DNA of 63,622 nt, filler included, from Choristocarpus tenellus KU-1152 (GCA_964200185.2; 12 parts of 12 records of this genome joined end to end with filler, not necessarily neighbours in it); one strand, 5' to 3'; shown: positions 39,753 through 53,641, numbered from the whole stretch's first letter. Notes: a model not told the origin generated them from the letters alone. Numbers and translations: made by a program.

Positions 39753-39880
39753 GAGTGAAAGAATCTTAGAGGGTACAAGTTTTGCCCTGTTTGTCCGTGT
39801 GGGGCTTGGCTTCACACAAGTTTTTGTGACATATTTCTATCAAACAAATTTCGGAGTAGGTTAAATGTATACGTTATGAA
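39753..39880 (+). mobile_element. MITE family A 5' half, interrupted by a family B end
   Basis: Family A sequence stops at ..ACGTTATGAA and is followed directly by GACCCAAAGTATCTGGGGG. Confidence 0.7.
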
Positions 39881-40138
39881 CGACCCAAAGTATCTGGGGG
39901 GGGGGGGTCTACACNNNNNNNNNNNNNNNNNNNNNNNNNNNNNNNNNNNNNNNNNNNNTTAATTAATTAANNNNNNNNNNNNNNNNNNNNNNNNNNNNNN
40001 NNNNNNNNNNNNNNCCCCTACCCTATGTATGATGAATCACCCTTCCTATTCCCAATTTTTTTTTAACTGAACAGATTAACAAAAACAAATATTTTTTATT
40101 TGATGACCCCTGTGCACCATGTACACCATATACACCAG

Positions 40139-41521
40139 GTGTTTCTACGAACACGAGAGCAGATTACTGACATCATATGCATGGCGTTGGCAGGAAGGGC
40201 AAGTGAAGAGATTCACTTTGGGAATGTGAGAGAGAGTTCTTCCTTCCAGTTGTGATTTATTTTGTTTTGGAAGTATAGGATCGGTGCATTATGGTTCTGG
40301 AGTGTTGATTTGTGGAATTCAAACCTTTTTTAAACTTGAATTTGAATCTGAAATTGGATTTTTTGCCGTGTGTTTTTGTGTAGTTGGCGTATCCTTTTTT
40401 TACTCATTGTTTATGTTTTGGATTGTTTGACTCTTGTAAAAAAAAAATGTGTCAATGGAAAGATTCATCTGCACATAGTAATGTTAATATTAATAGTACA
40501 TGCCTGCACAGGACACAACTGTCCTCGTACTTGGAAGGCGGTGCTTGTTGTACTAGCTGTGTAGGAATATAGAGCTGTTCTGTCCCAAAAAGGGTTTTCT
40601 GTGTACATAGGTAAGAGATAGTGTAAGTAAGAGATAGCATGTGATTTTCTTGTTTACATCTGACCCCAACACAGATACACACATGCATGCAACCAGGGTG
40701 CAACAACCATCTGCCGTTTGAAATATACGTTATATATACATATGTAACGTATGTATGTACTGTATGTAATTTTTTTTCCATGATATTAGCGGGACCACAC
40801 TGCACTACCTAATCTCACAAAATATTTATTTTTTCATGCACAAGGGACAGCACCCAACCAGCAAAGATCAACATGAACACACCCCTGAGATTGGGTTCGA
40901 CGGTGTTGATCTCTTTTATCTTTTTTTGTATCTCTATACAGGTGACCACGGGTGCGTCTGATGATCTCCGTCGGGTGACAGGGATGGTGTATCAGATGAT
41001 CACTGTCTACGGAATGGGTGAAGGTATCGGGCAGCTGGCCTTTCCCAAGCAGGACAATGGAGGCTTCCCAGAGGAGAAGTAAGCAAGCGATTGTTTCATT
41101 TTGTGTGTGTGTGTGTGTGTGTTTTTGTTTTTTTTATCCCTAAACTGTTTTTTGTTTTTTTTCAGTCCCATGTCAACCTTCTCGGTGTGTGAGTGGTGTG
41201 CTAGGTTGTTTTACCCTTGACTGCACATTTGTTGTGTAGTGCTGTAGATAGTGTAGAGGTATGCCACTACAGGTGGTTTTTGTAGTAGTGAAAAGTACCT
41301 CAGGGCCGGTTCTGTTTAATGATGAAGCCTCTAATTTGTTCCTTTTTGTTGGAAGCATGGGGGGGAGGGGGGGGGGGGGGGGTGGGGAGGAGACCAATAT
41401 TTTAGTGTTTAGTGTTTGCTCAATGTTTGAATTTTTTAAGTTAGAAAGTTGTGTTTNNNNNNNNNNGGTTTGTTGGAGGGTAGGAGATGTGTGGCTGTGT
41501 TGTTGTGTTTTAGGTTGAGGT

Positions 41522-41578
<57 letters not shown>

Positions 41579-42765
41579 GGGAGCAGACCAATATTTTAGT
41601 GTTTAGTGTTTGCTCAATGTTTGAATTTTGTAAGTTAGAAACTTGTGTTCAATGGAAACTAATATATTTTTGCTCTGAGTGGGAGTGAGTGTTTTGTGTA
41701 GTATGGCATTGTGTTGTTTAAATTTGTTTGAAACCACATTTTCATTCCTCCTTGGCATTGAAGAAGTAACTGCATCTTTTGAAAAATATATATCTTCTTT
41801 TATCGAGACCTCCTTAATGCTATTTTCCTGATTCGGTGGCATTTGTGGAGAGACCCTTGGGCTGTTGTTATCCCTTCACTACATTACTCCAGGGGCTGCA
41901 TTTACTCCCACAGTGTTAGCTCTGTGGCGCTTTGTGATGATAAGACTTTGTGTTCCTCTTAGGGAAGTAAATGTAGAGGTGATGGAGTTGGCAGAACGGT
42001 ATGATGGTATCAAATGTTGAGATTATACGATCATCGGAATATCTGCACATTGGTGGTACAGTGTATGTGTAGTGTTGTTTTGGTATTGATCCATCTACTC
42101 CCTCGATGTGTTGTTGGTGTGAATCTCCGATTTGTTCCCAAAATCAACACACCTGCCAATTTTTGGACAACATGTACTACTTTCCTGGTAGTTACCCCTT
42201 TTGTGATGTTCCTGTTGACTCAGTTGTAACCATTTCTTTCATGCTTGCCACTATTGCCACGGTTGTTCATTCAGGCCGTACTCTGATGCCACAGCACAGC
42301 TCATGGATGAGGAGGCCAAGCGCATGGTAGACAATGCCTACCAACGTACACTGGACCTTGTGAGGGAAAAGAAGGCTCAGGTGTGTTGGTTGCAAAAGAA
42401 GGAAGGCTCAGCAATCTCTCCAGGATCATATATCGTCCAGCCAATGAGCTTAGAATGCTACTCTTGTTTATACTGAAAGTGCACACATACCCCCATTGCT
42501 CTTGTCTTTTGATTCCACCTTTCAGGTCGAAGCTGTGGCAGAGCTGCTCCTGGAGAAGGAGACAGTTAACCATGACGACATTGTGCGCCTCATTGGAAAG
42601 AGACCTTTCAAGGCACACAAGAGCTACCAAGAGTTTGTAAGCAATCAAGAGTCGTCTACAGATGGCGACGAGGGGGGAGATGCCGCCGCTGTTGCTGAAG
42701 ACGCGTCTGGTGTAGATGATGACGATGGGGAAGAGACTGCCCCCCCAACATTGACACCGGCGTGA
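40139..42765 (+). CDS. AFG3: Mitochondrial m-AAA FtsH-family protease (AFG3/paraplegin type), C-terminal M41 exons 40139-40225, 40942-41078, 42275-42380, 42526-42765
   Basis: VFLRTREQITDIICMALAGRASEEIHFGN | VTTGASDDLRRVT..VYGM..IGQLAF | KPYSDATAQLMDEEAKRMVDNAYQRT | VEAVAELLLEKETVNHDDIVRLIGKRPF...stop. Confidence 0.9.
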
Positions 42766-44499
42766 TGATCATCGGTCTTTGTCTGTTTTGTTCATCACAG
42801 CGGATATCTATGAGATTATGAAGCAGTTAATGAGTGAGTTGTGGTGTTGTCCAGCTGGGAGTTGTTTCTTTTTGGGGGGTCTGCAAGGATATATTGTTTT
42901 TTGCTGTTTTGGAGGAGAATTAACTTGAAGGAGATACAGGACACAGAGTTCTTGTTGTGATTATGAGAATTTGTGCTCCGGTTGAGTGCAGGATGATTGA
43001 TGATGGTATCGTTGCCTCGAGTGTGTTGATGTTGAATTTTCCGCATTGGTCCCGATAGGTGATAAACAATACTTTGCTGGGTTGAAGGACCACAAGTTGC
43101 TTCAGTAACAAACTAGGTGAGGCAATGGTTGGTGTGGTGTGCCCCAACTGATAAGGAATGACACAGACCAGGCTTTGGTCATGAAGCTGGAGGTCTAATG
43201 ACATGATCTAGTCCTTCCACAAGAATCGATTCTGTCTGTCTTTGGTGCAAGTACCATTCGATATCTTTCTTCTCTTGTGCTGACTGTGTAAGGCAGTGAT
43301 GTTTCTTTGTGAACCGTACTTTGAATAGAGCCTATACTGTTGTTGGGTTGTGTGGTGTGTAGATCTCCTGCCATCCCTCGCAAGGAGCCAGATATAACGA
43401 TGTGATTTTAGTGCTTTGATATGATATATGAATATGCACATGCTACACCAAGATAATTTTGTTATGTGGAGTAGTAGCAGGATGAGACTCGCTAGGGATT
43501 CTGCAAGTGGTGCACCAACTGCTATCTTGCCGTCCAAATGAATGTAGTCACCTATAGCAGATGAGGTTATAGGAAATAAGGCTTTTTGGGGGGGGGATTT
43601 CATCAGTTGTTGGTGTTCGTTGATAGTCAACGTCGATTTTGTTGCTGATTGCCACGTGTTTGGTGTGTGTGTGTCTGTATGTAATGTTTCCGTTCAAGGA
43701 AAATTGGAAGTATCTTTTTTTCAGCTACTCTCAAGTATTTACACCTCGATGTACTACTAATTATCTACTATATATAGTACTAGAATTAACCACTTCTATA
43801 CTTGACAGCATATGTGCGCTTGGCCGAACCACAGCAAGGGCCTCGTATCTGCTTTGAGAATATGTATGTTTCCACTGTGTCAGAGTGTACCGTACTGTAC
43901 TGTACTATACTGCAATGATTCGTTGCCAGTGTAATAAATGCAAGAAGAGGTTGACTGACTTGATGGACCAAAAAGGTCATTGTATCTTTGGTCGGATGGT
44001 TGCCTTTGTTGTTGTATATACATACATGAGTGCGTACGTGGTCATTATTTGTGCCAGGAGTACTTCATAATAGCGTCGATTTGGAGATTTTTCTTTGCCA
44101 ATTGAAACAAAGCATGTAATTACAATTTTAAAATATTAATATTAATATTAATATTTCTTCCCCACACACATTTGGCAGATAGAAGTTGTCATAGGGGGGA
44201 ATGAACGTCGTAACTTTAAAAAATCACCCTTTTTTTTCAACGTCCGCCAAGATTGTTTACTCCACCCATGCCTCCATTTTGTTGATTTTCGAACCTTTGT
44301 TGGAGATATTGCTGGCTGTGTGAAATAATGTACTAGTATGCATTGTATAATATGGATGAGATGTGCATGCATGTGTTACTATCAATGTCGACCTCACTGC
44401 ATGTGTGCGTCTGTCCTACTTCACATATATATTTTGAGTATATTCACATTGTTGTCATCAGATTAAATTTATACATTTATCTATAGTGCTGATGGTTTT

Positions 44500-44759
44500 G
44501 AGTAAAAGTATCTTAGAGGATACGAGTTTTGCCCTGTTTGTCCATTATTTGGGGCTTGTCTCCCCATGGTTTTTTATGATATTTTCCTACTCCGAAGTGT
44601 TTTGGAGTAGGTAAAATGTGTATGTTATGAAAAGGTGTGTCCAAAGCAAGGATATTGACACTTCCTAACAAAACAATTAGCCAATTTTTCATCAAAATCG
44701 CAACAGTGGATTTTGACCTCCAAGTGGACATGGTCCTACCCTCTAAGATACTTTGGCTC
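44500..44759 (+). mobile_element. MITE family A copy (TTTT flanks)
   Basis: Family A termini and internal sequence. Confidence 0.85.
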
Positions 44760-44839
44760 TTTTTTGTTGTGTTTCAACTCTTCTTAGATAACGTTGGTCA
44801 GTGTATGAGGTACGCGATATGTATCTTATCATATATATA

Positions 44840-45056
44840 ACCTCAACACCTTTACGGTGGAAAGTTTTGAACGCCTCGGCAAGCAAGTGAAATGCTTCCT
44901 GGATGAGCTGGCTACTTACATGGTAGGAGGGGGGAGAGGAGTGGGAGGATACTGCCGGAGAGGAGTAGTTAAATCCAGGCTACGCCAAATTGTTTTGGTG
45001 ACTACACAAGTGGCATTGTCTCGACGTGTCATGCGCTTCAAACTAGAGTCACCAGG
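44840..45056 (+). mobile_element. Second RLE non-LTR retrotransposon 3' fragment
   Basis: VESFERLGKQVKCFLDELATYMVGG...RLRQIVLVTTQVALSRRVMRFKLES, homologous to 37318-37640. Confidence 0.65.
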
Positions 45057-45949
45057 NNNNNNNNNNNNNNNNNNNNNNNNNNNNNNNNNNNNNNNNNNNN
45101 TTAATTAATTAANNNNNNNNNNNNNNNNNNNNNNNNNNNNNNNNNNNNNNNNNNNNTCGCACGTGTCGGATTTGAAATGCCAGGAAAAAAAAAGCTGTTT
45201 GACCGAAACGGACCCCCCCTCACAAACCACCCCTCCCCCCCCAGATACTTTGACCCAAGTCCTGTTTAACATTTCGCGAAAATATTGTACAGATTAAACT
45301 CTATATTTTATGTACAAATACGTCCAGATTTATTTGTACCCACATGGTAAGATCACATACAACCTATTTCTTAGTGCGAAATTTCCAGATTATTAATGTA
45401 AGAATCGTTATACTGCACTAGTTCAATGATAGATAATATACATCTCGGAAACGACAACTCTTGGTATAAGAAGTTCATGTAGTTTTGGTCTTGATCTTTT
45501 CCCTCTCCTTAATCCTGACACATAATTTGAAGAAATCAATACTCAACGTTCTCAGACCTGTGGTAGTTGAAGATGACACAAAAAGTATAGGCCACACACA
45601 TAATTCCCTACTGGTATCGTATGAATTGGTGCGTATCGGATATGATCTAAGTGGGGTTCAGGAGAGAAGGTAAGGTAATCGACACAAGTGCAAAATTAAT
45701 ATGAATTCTACTGCTTCTGTGGAGAGGAGTACATTCCATCGTTGTTATTTGCCTTCACGCTAATAATCTGGATATTATCCCCAACCAGTGTCAGAGGCAC
45801 TACACACTTCACGTATACTTGACACAAGACTCTGTGAAGTGAAAGTCTGGTGTTGAAGAGGTTCGAATGCAAATTATTGGCTCAAAGTATCTGGGGGGGA
45901 GGGGGGTCTACATCAAGGGTGTCCATTCGGGCCCTGACCAGAAGAAACG

Positions 45950-48700
45950 CACTTACATTATCCATCCGACACAAGCAACCAAAAATGGGCCTTTCATACA
46001 GAGAATTGTCTCCTTTCCTACTGACCTATGAGCGCACAGATGTTACAGTAATTGACAGAGGAGGAGTCGATTGCTCAGTGAGAAAACCTGGTAATATGCA
46101 GATATACTCTCCATAGACCACTATTTGTGAAAGTAGTACAGACTTGACCAGGATTTAAGTCAGGAGAAGAAAGGAGATGGGAGCCTCACACAATCCGCCT
46201 TGGCAAACGGAACGGTAACCTTGTGGGCATACTTCTGTTCATGTGTCTTTTATATATATAATATTTATCGGTCATAAGTAACGAACATAATCACTTGCTA
46301 GTGACCAATTTTCATCTCTCACATATTGGTCATACAGAAGATATACACTGTAGAGCAGTATAATCTACATACTACACTCACTACTCCGAAGTAGTTAATA
46401 GTGATATCTCATGGACTAAAAGCCAAACATAGATTCACACACAAAAAGAAGGGGAACTACGGGCTCTACTTTGCACAGTGGTAGAAGACATCGGGAAGCA
46501 GTTGGTGGAAGTTCGGCTGCTGAATAGGTGCATCCATTGCAGACACATTCGTTGTATGTTAATACCCATATGAATCATCTTAGGTCGTGGCATTACCACA
46601 TGGTTACCTGACTCATGCCTAAGAGTCCCACACTAGCTAATTGCCTTCAGTTTGATTGTTAGAAGTGTGCCACTGAAATTATTGCACAAATTGATTGATG
46701 GGTGGAGATCTCTAGGAGGCATTTACAGCGACTGCATTTCTTGCTCTACAAGTAAGAATGTTGGTGTCTCCAATCGATGGGCATGCCCCCTCGGGGAAAA
46801 TTGTGGTGACTGCTCCAGTTCCATCTGGCGCAGGCTTGATCATAGCTGCAGCTCCGTGGCTGCATTGTCTTGATTGTCTCCACCTTGCGCAGGGATCAGA
46901 TCGTTAGGAATATTGTCTGTTGTCTGTTGATCACTTTCGAGTGCCATGGCTACCACCCCAATACGTTGTGCCAGTCATGAAATGTTGTCATCTAGATCTT
47001 CCTGGCAAATGATTTTTTCGCCTTACTCCCTTCCCTTTCCACCAGTCCCTTGAAGTGTAGAAATTCCCTCGATTTCTCGAGATTTATCTGAGACAAGGTA
47101 TCTTGTAGGGGGTGCCCATTTCGCTATGTTGTGATTATTGGGCGATTTGGGTGTGCATGTGTCGGATGGCTACAAGATTTTATAGACCTGAGCATGTCTA
47201 CCTTCTTGTCCTTGTGCCCAGGAGGCATGAAAAATTACATCAATCTTTGTCAGTGTATTTGAATATTTATCGAGTATATTCACGGTTTCGTTGATTCAAG
47301 TATATGGAAAAGTATAGCACTGAATCGACCTTTTGCTAGACGTATGAAGAATTTCGATATACAGACGCGAGTACGGTGATGCAGAGAGTCGAGGTAAACG
47401 AGAGATACCTGCACCTACTACAAAAGATCGGGTTAACCATGTTTCAAAAATCCACGTTTTTGAGAAACATGTACATCAAAATGATGAAACACTCTTCGAA
47501 AGTTCAAAAAATGTGGAAATCTACCCTTCTAGGTCGTAATTGGCGCATTATCCTAAGAAGTGTGTGCAATGGGTAAAGGGTATACAGCACGGTTTATAAC
47601 GCAAAACTGCCAAAAACGGGTTACCCCTCGTTATCCTTGGTATAGAACGTAAATGAAACGGCTAGTTCCGAAAAAGCATGATATACCCATGTTGAAACAT
47701 AAGCTACTCATCTTTGTATCAATCTTTGTATCATTGATACGATATAGAATTACCTGTTCATACTGACTGTTGATTCGCACATCACTACTGATCGTTTCTC
47801 ACCTTCTACATCATTAACAGTTAATACTACACATCAATCACCGTTACAATTCCAAGGTTCATAGCAAGTATGGAACAGTCGACATCTATCGTACAAGCAC
47901 AGTGTGTGCAATATGAGTTGTCCTGGATATTGATTCGAGTTCGTTTCATTGTTTTTATCTTCACAACAGAAACACCGGTTGTATCTCACATATTGTTTAT
48001 CCTTTTCTTCCTTGGTTGAACTAGCCCTCACTTAGACACCGAGCTCACTCTGCACTAAGAGTGTACCTGACACACAACTGGGTGCCATATATTCAGAGTT
48101 AAAACATCCACAAAACCCTTCTCCACAAGGTGACAAGACTCTACACAAAGCATGAATATCTTCCTTTGAATGTACTAAGGAATACCCAACATCTCTCTAC
48201 TAAAAAAAATCTGACTGTGCAAAGCATGTCACTAGGTTCATCAGCACCAATTCACCGGTGCTTAGTTGCACTATGAAACCCCTTCACCACATCCGGCCTG
48301 CCACCGTACAAGAGCACGATTCATTCAATCCCAGGTTCCAACACCCGACACATTTGGTCTTTGAGGACGATTGTTGGGGAGGGATTGCGCAAGGTAATGA
48401 GTGATTGAGCTCTCTTTGCGGCAGAGTAAAAGTTGTTGCGATGAAAAAATGTTCTTCCCTAGTATATCATGTCTACATTTGCGTATATCTGCATGCATCA
48501 ATTACACTTTGGCTATGCATCCTATCCATCGTGATGGGGGGGGATGGTGTAGCAATTTGGTGCTGTAGAGGTACTTTGTAGGATAAGTAACAGTCGTTGG
48601 TTTGGCCCTACAGAACCAAGTTAGTAAGCATCAAGCATCAAGTAAGTTAACTCAATCCCTAGAGCACTACCCTGGCTCGGGGGCTGCAAGTTATGCAACT
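45950..48700. pseudogene. Highly decayed TE-like coding region following a family B end, with two divergent broken ORFs
   Basis: Intronless, stop-ridden frames. The minus ORF starts near 46948 (MALESDQQTT..). A plus-strand fragment near 48530 reads roughly VMGGDGVAI, weakly like the KDZ 'vi-x-DG' motif. Confidence 0.25.
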
Positions 48701-49048
48701 GCTAGTGACAAGGATTACACAATCACTTCTAGCTTCCAATAAATGCAAGAACCGCTTCAAATATACCTAACAATGGTTCTCTTTGAGTTACAATCGAGTG
48801 TTTCACGTTGTGATTGCATTCATTGCGACAAACCCAACTCTGATGGCCACGTTTTGGATACCATTTGGCCTTCACTCGTTACAAAGGAAATGTAAACGAG
48901 AGTCAGCCAGCATTGTATTTTAAGGATACTGACAAATATGTCCAAATGTTGACTTCTTACAAATGTGTAAAGAACATTTTCTGATTTGTGAAGGAAAAGT
49001 TTAAAACAAAAGATAAACAAACGGTCCCAAGTCAAACATCGAACTTCA

Positions 49049-49219
49049 GAGTGAAAGTATCTAAGAGGGTACGAGTTTTGCCCTTTTTGTCCATTTGTGG
49101 CTTGGCTTCCCATGTTTTTTTATCACATTTTCCAACTCCAAAATGCTTCGGAGTAGGTAAGACGTATACGTTATGAAAAGGTGTGTTCGGAACAAGGATA
49201 TTGACACTTCCTAACAAAC
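49049..49219 (+). mobile_element. MITE family A copy truncated by the contig end
   Basis: Family A left terminus and internal hairpin. Confidence 0.8.
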
Positions 49220-49337
49220 NNNNNNNNNNNNNNNNNNNNNNNNNNNNNNNNNNNNNNNNNNNNTTAATTAATTAANNNNNNNNNNNNNNNNNNNNNNNNN
49301 NNNNNNNNNNNNNNNNNNNCCCTTGCCTGAGTGAACC

Positions 49338-52300
49338 ATGCCGCCACAGAATCACACGATTCACATTGGCGACACCGGTGTCCTCAGAAATAGGGTGATA
49401 GGGGATTTCCGTTTGACCACGGACAAAAGATACCGAAAACGAAGACGTGGATCCCCACCTTCCCCTCTTACAGATAGGCAGGCAAATGTCAGACCCGTGT
49501 CGTCGACCCTAGAGCACTGTGTTAGCTCGGGCGACCGTGATACTCGTCGGGTCCTATTCCAGGGAGAACCAGTTCCACCACCAAGTTCGACTACTTGTGA
49601 GGTGGCCATGTCACAGGCACACCTTGGAGATTCTGTGCCATCCTACATCGCGCACCACATTAACGAGTGCGCCAGAACGAACACGGTGCCTCCCGCATGG
49701 CTTCAAGACCTGATGAAACTTCAAGCTCGGGGAATGGACTCCAATCAAGTAAGATCTGTTGAACAGAGAAGCAACGTCGCACATCCGCCATCAATGTCAG
49801 AAGCGAGTCGTTTCAGGTTTTCCGCTTCGGAAATATCATCTGGTCTTGTCATTACAGGTCCGGGAGAGGGAAATTTGCCACTCTTGTTTTCCAAATGGCA
49901 CGTGGCAATTTCCTTGCACTCTAGGCAGTATGGTTCCGCACCCCCTGAGACAATTAATTCTCGATGTGTAGAATTTTTTCCGAAACTTCTTCAAGGTCCA
50001 GCTGAAATGTTTTACTTTCAGGCGTTGGCAGGCACAGTAGAGTGGGGTTCAACCAGTGATCTGGCTCGTTTACGATCGTCCCTTAACACTCCCGTCCCTA
50101 TTACACCGCCGAAGACTTGGAAGGATGTCCAGAAAGCCCTGATCACTGCGTTCACTCCCGCCCATGCTGTATATGTATCAGTTCGTCGACTAACGTCCTT
50201 GAAACAGGGGGAGAATGAATCTGTTGATCAGTATACTTTACGTTGCACCACAGCAACGAATCGCTTTTTGGATGATGTTCATCGCACAACATCGTCCTAA
50301 GATGCAGTTGATACGAAAGCTTTGCTTGTTGAGCAACTAAAGATTATGCTTATGGAAGATGGTTTACTCCCTGCGATTCGTCTTGAACAGATTCGGGACG
50401 AACCCGCCACCTCGTTTGCACAAGCTTGTGACCGTGCCAAACAGCATGAAGCTAACCATTTGTCTGGCCATAACCCTAACCCCATGACTTACACGAGTAC
50501 TGTGACTCACAATTCTCGTCGCGGACAGGTTCCTCGTAGCTAACTCGAACAATCACAATGAGGTTACCAACGGCTACGTACGGAGGTGGAACGTCACCGA
50601 GCAGGGAAGGCAACCCTCAACAGGGCCCCAGCTCGGTCGTCAGCGGGTCCACCCCCCTCAGCCGGGCACACTGATAGACCAACTCGACGTACACCATGGA
50701 TCAGCAAAATAGTGTGTGTGAGTACCCGGGTTGCCAGGCAGCGACTAGTTAGGGTCACACAACCCAGTCGTGCCTGGACAATCCGCAGGGTGCTCGTTTG
50801 CCGTACTTACGTCGTAGAGGCAGGGGTCGTGGAAGTCGTGTTCGTGTTCGTGTTCGTGAGGACAGTGAGTCAACACCTGGCCATTATGGTCCGCGTCCCT
50901 AGGGGTGCCCAGGTGGATTTGACTCCTGCTCACTTGGGAACAGCCATGGTGCTGTTGTTGACTCCATCGTAGGGAGTGGCAAGTGTCAGAGGTTGACACC
51001 AGTCACACCTCTTGCCCCGCAGGCATCGTTTATTGCCTGCACGCGTGTCACTAAGCATTTTTCTTTGCCGTTAGTTCAACCAAACTCGTGTAATAATAAT
51101 GAAACTTGGTTCAACAGTTCTTTGTGCAGATACCCATCCATGCCCAAACCTTTGTCGTTTTCATCACAAAGAGTTCGTGTATCTGGCACCGTTGAAGAAC
51201 AAGAGGAAAATGACTTGACAATTGACACAGCCAGTGATGTACCATGTATTTCTGAAATATTTGTTCGCAATCACCCTCAACTGAAACGTTTTGATGTGCA
51301 TCCTGTCCCACCTGGTGCAATAAATCTACGTGCAGCAAATGGTTCATCTTCACATATTCGTGGTTTATTCGTTTTCCACTTACACTTGGTGACACCACAT
51401 TGCCAGTTGAAGCTATAGTGATTCCCCAATACTGATTTATTATTGGTTGACCAAGTACTGAGAGTGCGAGCAGCTACGATACGGTTCCATGGATGTGTAG
51501 GTTCAGAGGTTTGATTTTACAGCAGGCATGGAGTGTATGACTGGCTCCACTACTACAGCAGTATCCAATGACGGACTAGTATCAGTGGTGCAACGTACGA
51601 TGATTTCATGACCAGCTGGTACGTTATACTGTTTATGTACACGAACAGGTACAGGGTCAAAATCATGTTGCACAATCACCACAGAACACGAAGGAGTTGT
51701 ACTTGTATCACGTTCTAGAGTGGGGCTCCTTGTCATGTGATGTCTTGCTGAAATGGTACACGAACTGTTGTGAAATGAAAGACGTTGTTCTTGCAAATCA
51801 AGGATCGCACCGAAGGCCTGCATAACACTATTATCAAGCAGAATTTTAGCTGGACCAAGTTGGTTCAACTAGCAAATCCAACAACACGGAAAGTACGTAT
51901 CAGGAAGCATCTTGTGATAGGTCACTTAACCCCTATTTCAGATCAGGTACCAATTACTGTTAGTGCTCTAAATACGGATTCTGCTCCATTCAGTAAAGCT
52001 AGAGAGGAGTTACATCAAGCCTTCACCAAGTCAAATGCATTCAAAGATACCACGTTCAATCAGTCACAAGTGTCTCAACTTTTAGACCTCTGTGCCCGTT
52101 ATAGACCGGTATTTTCATTGAATACAGCAGAACTAGGCAGATGTACCCTAGCTGAAGCAGAAATTCCTATAGAGCCTGGTATCAAACCTGTTGACAGGAA
52201 CCCTTACAGAGCAAACCCCCGTACTCAACAAGTAATTGACTCGTGTGTTAATACTATGGAAGAGCAAGGCATTATTGAAAAACGTGCCAGCCCTTGGGGT

Positions 52301-52476
52301 AGTCCTGTTACTATTGTGGCCAAATCTGATGGCTCCCCACGATTCTGTGTAGACTATAGGTCAACTGTTAACAAACACCTTGTTCGACAGTCTTGGCCTA
52401 TGCCTGATATAGAGTCTCATATTGATACTGTTGGGGGTGCCAAATTTATCACCGTTTGTGATATTCAGAGTGCATA
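49338..52476 (+). mobile_element. Ty3/Gypsy LTR retrotransposon gag-protease-RT, defective, with an internal inversion
   Basis: Gag-like LKQGENESVDQY, protease TIDTASDVPCISE, and RT N-terminus GIIEKRASPWGSPVTIVAKSDGSPRFCVDYR...WPMPDIE...FITVCDIQSA. Stops and frameshifts are present. Confidence 0.92.
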
Positions 52477-53524
52477 NNNNNNNNNNNNNNNNNNNNNNNN
52501 NNNNNNNNNNNNNNNNNNNNTTAATTAATTAANNNNNNNNNNNNNNNNNNNNNNNNNNNNNNNNNNNNNNNNNNNNAAATCACACCAAAAAAGTGAGAAT
52601 CGAAAAAAGGGTGAAATACGGACGTCGACACCCCCCCCAAGATACTTTGACCCACATCTTTTATTCATTGGATGGTTTGACAATCTCTATAATTCGAAAG
52701 ATATACATACATACACAATTTCTATTTTGTACTATTTCTAATGTGTACTGTTTCTACAATAATGGTCGGGGATATTTGTGGTGGATATTTACAGTCTTGA
52801 GAAGAATAGCTTCTTTTCACTGTATCGAACACAAGGACCGTGTGTGTTTGCAGCCAATGCCACCAAAAGGCTGCCTGGCATATGGATCGTTGAAATATGA
52901 TCTGCATGTGTGTATGTATATGTAAAAACTTCCTACGGGTATGGAGAGTAGAAGGCTTGATATCAATAGTGCCATTTAGAATGTCGTTGTAATTGGTACT
53001 GCTAGAAATGTGATAGAAGCACCTTGCTTTGATATTTTGATAATGTCATGATGACATAATTGCTAAATTGGCTTCGTGTGAGGGTGCTGTTGTTGAATGT
53101 GGAATCCAAAATATGCAACAAACAAAATATCGAGTTCATTTTTGTACGAATACTGTCCGTACTAGATAGGTTTTCAGAAATGACCTCTATTTTCTTATGT
53201 ACAAATCGAGCAATATTGTTTTGCCTCTCCTCAGATAGGTAAAATTGCTCAACTTTAATGCCTTTCTTGATTTTATTAACTCATTCGAGATCAAACACGT
53301 ACGAAGAATGTGTGTAGGTGATGATTGACAATTTGTAACAGTGTAAAACATAAAGGTAGTGGAGGCCACAACAATGAAGTGCAATGTGCACAGTAGTCGG
53401 AGCAACCAATGTATTCCCCATCATATATTTCCTGTAGTGTAGTAGTCGTATCTCTTTGTATGGGTGCTGGTACAGAAATATATACCTGTTAATTTCTTCC
53501 TTTTAGATCTCCTTTCCCCATTTT

Positions 53525-53641
53525 AGAACAAGGATATTGACATTTCCTAACAAACACGATAGCCAAAATTACATCAAAATCGCAACATTGAATTTTGGTC
53601 CTAAACCAGACGCGGCTCCACCCTCAAAGATACTTTATCTC
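53525..53641 (+). mobile_element. MITE family A 3' half
   Basis: AGAACAAGGATATTGAC...CACCCTCAAAGATACTTTATCTC. Confidence 0.75.

Noticed and set aside
41385-41650. Apparent ~70-bp duplication around poly-G in an AFG3 intron
   Set aside because: It flanks an internal N gap and long G-runs, so it is most likely an assembly artefact.
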